Shown here: one piece after another, positions 61,798 to 64,000 of the stretch | How positions within the stretch are numbered: the stretch's first letter is position 1 | Layout: each line of letters opens with the position of its first letter | Assembly (NCBI GenBank): GCA_964428655.1 | Contig: CAYRYE010000001.1 | Coordinates: forward strand, 73,328 to 137,327 | Direction of reading: 5' to 3' | Source: an uncultured Gammaproteobacteria bacterium | GTDB taxonomy: Bacteria > Patescibacteriota > Microgenomatia > UBA12405 > JAHJSD01 | DNA: 64,000 nt | Notes under the pieces: model-generated | Told to the model about the DNA's origin: nothing | What the model saw: the letters and a program-made list of their open reading frames with translations, nothing else | Database searches by the model: none | Made by a program: the position numbers and the translations under genes

Positions 61798-62364
61798 ATG
61801 ACTGATTTTTATGAGCTTGAAATTTGTGGATTAAAAAGGAAATTGCCAATTAAAGCGATTGGTAAAAGGACTAAACTGGCAAATTTTAATATTTTGGGTG
61901 ATGTGGAGTTGGTAAAAAAATTAGCTGATGCTTTAGTAGAAAGATTAAAAAAATACCAATTTGATTATTTAGTTGGGCCAGAGGTTAAAGTTGTTCCTCT
62001 GCTTTATGAATTGGCTAAGAAGTTGGACCATCAACAATACGTAGTTTGTCGGAAAACTATTAAACCATACATGGTCTCACCAGTAGTTTTAAAACCTCTT
62101 TCTTATTTTCCTAAGCATATTAAATCACTAGTGATTGATGGGCGTGATCGACAATTACTTAGTGATAAAAAAGTGGCTATTGTTGATGATGTGGTTTCAA
62201 CTGGAGTAACCATGCGGATGATGAAAAAATTAATGGAAAGAATTGGTGCAAAAGTTGTGGTTTGCGCGGCAGTGATTCGTCAGGGAGAAAAACAGTTTGA
62301 TGAAATAAAAAACTTTATTTATTTAGCTACATTGCCAATTTTCAAGGATCTTTCTGAAAGATAA
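61798..62364 (+). CDS. Type I phosphoribosyltransferase (APRT-like)
   Basis: VAIVDDVVSTG PRPP motif; RK..KPYM. Confidence 0.88.
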   Translation: MTDFYELEICGLKRKLPIKAIGKRTKLANFNILGDVELVKKLADALVERLKKYQFDYLVGPEVKVVPLLYELAKKLDHQQYVVCRKTIKPYMVSPVVLKPLSYFPKHIKSLVIDGRDRQLLSDKKVAIVDDVVSTGVTMRMMKKLMERIGAKVVVCAAVIRQGEKQFDEIKNFIYLATLPIFKDLSER

Positions 62365-62520
62365 AAGAGTGAAATTAACCCTTGACAGTAGACTAAAAGG
62401 GCCTTATAGTGAAAGTAGTTAGACAGCGTAGTACCTCAAAAGAGCTGGAGGTAAAATATATGAATCAGAGCTCTAAAAAAAGATTAATTAAGGATATTTT
62501 TGTTTTTGCAAATAATGATG

Positions 62521-62546
62521 CCCGAGGTTCGGCCTCGGGTTTTTTA
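62521..62546 (+). terminator. Intrinsic terminator
   Basis: CCCGAGG-TTCGG-CCTCGGG plus T run. Confidence 0.75.
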
Positions 62547-62869
62547 ATGGAGTTTTTTAGACCATCTCAAACTACTTTTGCGTATTTTGGAGATGGATAA
62601 TTAAAAAAAGGGAGAGACCCAACGCGAAGAAACTAGAATCAAGGGCGATTCAATATTTCTTATGGCGTTTTTACATCTCTCCCAGGGTTTATTTTACCAC
62701 ATTCGTGGTAAGGCACCTTGAAATATCGATAGTTCCAAAATTGCAAACAGAATGTTGAGGAAGTAAATTACTGCTGGGCAGTTTTTTAGGGCCAAGTTTT
62801 GGCTTTAGAAAGCTGCCTAGCAGGGACAGCATTTCTGAACAGACAACCTAAACCAAGGAGGAAAATCAA

Positions 62870-63895
62870 ATGTTACGCTTTAACGTGCGGTACCTAATCG
62901 GCATCCTGGTCGTTGCGGTCTTGCTGGCTGGCTGCGGGCTAGCGTCTGGGCCTTACGCAGTTTCGATCGTGCTCCAGTGGCTCCCGAATGTCGAATTCTC
63001 CGGGCTTTGGTGGGGTATTGAGCATGGAGATTTCGAGCAGAACGGCGTTGTGATTGATGACTACCTTCCCTGGGCGCCTGGAGTGGATCCGATGATTTTG
63101 GTCGCCTCTGGTGAGTATGAGTTTGGCGTTAACGACGGCGCGGCTGTGGTGATCGCCCGAAGTCGTGGATTGCCACTCAAGTGCGTCTATGCATCGTTCC
63201 AAATGACGCCTTTCGGCTTTGCTACACTTCAGGATCGACCCGATGGTAGACAGCTCACCCGTATGGAGGACTTGGGTGGTCTCATCGTCGGCTACCAAAG
63301 TCACGAGCTGTATCTTCTCGAGCATATGCTGGCCGAAGCAGGTATGACCTTGGAGGATGTCACCCCGGTCGAGGTCGGCTTTGATCCGACGCTGCTCGTG
63401 GTCGGCGAAGTGGACGCGTTTCTGGTCTACAAGAGCAACGAACCCATCTCGTTGCACCTTCATGGCGTTGAGACCTACATCATCGACGCTGCCGACTACG
63501 GCTTTGACTTCTACGGCGGATGCTTGTTCACCACCGACAAAATGATCGAAGAGCATCCTGAGGTGGTTCGCGGCTTTGTCCAGGCCTTCCGCGATGGCTG
63601 GGTTTACGCCAACGAGCATCCTTTCGAGACGGTCGACATGGTCATCGGGAAATACTTTACAGCCGAAAGCGCTGACCCAGTTGCTCGGTTGAATCATGCT
63701 GTTCACCAGCAGGGGGAAATGCTAGTTTTCCAGCAACAGTCGCAAGGGGATCTAGCGTCGCTGGACGAGTTGGGTAGCATGACCGCTGAGCGGTGGCAAC
63801 GCGGCATTGACATTCTCTACGAACAAGGCCAGATTGATTCCCGGCCGGATGTCAGTGTTCTATTCACCAACGAATTTCTGGAACTGGAACAATAG
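62870..63895 (+). CDS. NMT1/THI5-like ABC substrate-binding lipoprotein
   Basis: Lipobox LAGC, LQW.PN..F.G, NEP, DFYG...FTT; visibly GC-rich. Confidence 0.85.
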   Translation: MLRFNVRYLIGILVVAVLLAGCGLASGPYAVSIVLQWLPNVEFSGLWWGIEHGDFEQNGVVIDDYLPWAPGVDPMILVASGEYEFGVNDGAAVVIARSRGLPLKCVYASFQMTPFGFATLQDRPDGRQLTRMEDLGGLIVGYQSHELYLLEHMLAEAGMTLEDVTPVEVGFDPTLLVVGEVDAFLVYKSNEPISLHLHGVETYIIDAADYGFDFYGGCLFTTDKMIEEHPEVVRGFVQAFRDGWVYANEHPFETVDMVIGKYFTAESADPVARLNHAVHQQGEMLVFQQQSQGDLASLDELGSMTAERWQRGIDILYEQGQIDSRPDVSVLFTNEFLELEQ

Positions 63896-64000
63896 AGTCA
63901 ACGTCTGTTTCTGTTGAGGATAGCATGTTCCTGCTAGGCGGCTATCCTAAAACCTGATAGGAGGAAACGATGAGTAAAAAGAAAAAAAATAATGGTGTTC

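Noticed and set aside
62700-62869. TPP riboswitch before the THI5-like gene
   Set aside because: No CTGAGA or other TPP consensus elements found.
62939-63706. 255-aa antisense ORF
   Set aside because: Shadow of a GC-rich sense gene; no motifs. The same applies to other short antisense ORFs inside long genes.
1-64000. Genome-wide TGA reassignment (code 4 or 25)
   Set aside because: Conserved genes such as rpoD, pgk and hsdM end at TGA at the expected position and long genes have no internal TGA.

Overview
AT-rich bacterial chromosome segment. Gene content (archaeal-type TPI, shortened PGK, free-standing LAGLIDADG gene at tRNAs, apparent leaderless genes, in-gene palindromic inserts) suggests Patescibacteria/CPR, probably Microgenomates; this is inference. 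1-27.1 kb is mostly core: groEL 3' end, small orphan ORFs, aldolase, PfkB kinase, two class A PBPs, dnaG-rpoD, trpS, tpiA, pgk and five tRNAs. At tRNA-Asn (27098-27172) a large serine recombinase element begins, carrying type I RM with nested Shedu and HEPN-like genes and an ars-type operon. Main hunt results: (1) beyond this element lies an integron-like array of mostly single-gene units. Each is bounded by a copy of the tRNA-Asn 3' core (GGGAG) that opens a start-less frame resembling an alternative integrase C-terminus. (2) A layered Trp-sensing locus: short-stem Trp T-box, tRNA-Trp, a prfB-like +1 frameshift site on a UGG codon, a Trp-free protein, then trpS. (3) A probable Tyr T-box in front of a Tyr-free M14-type hydrolase. 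(4) A ~450-nt structured non-coding region behind an HTH-nuclease gene. All calls come from reading motifs by eye; no searches were run.
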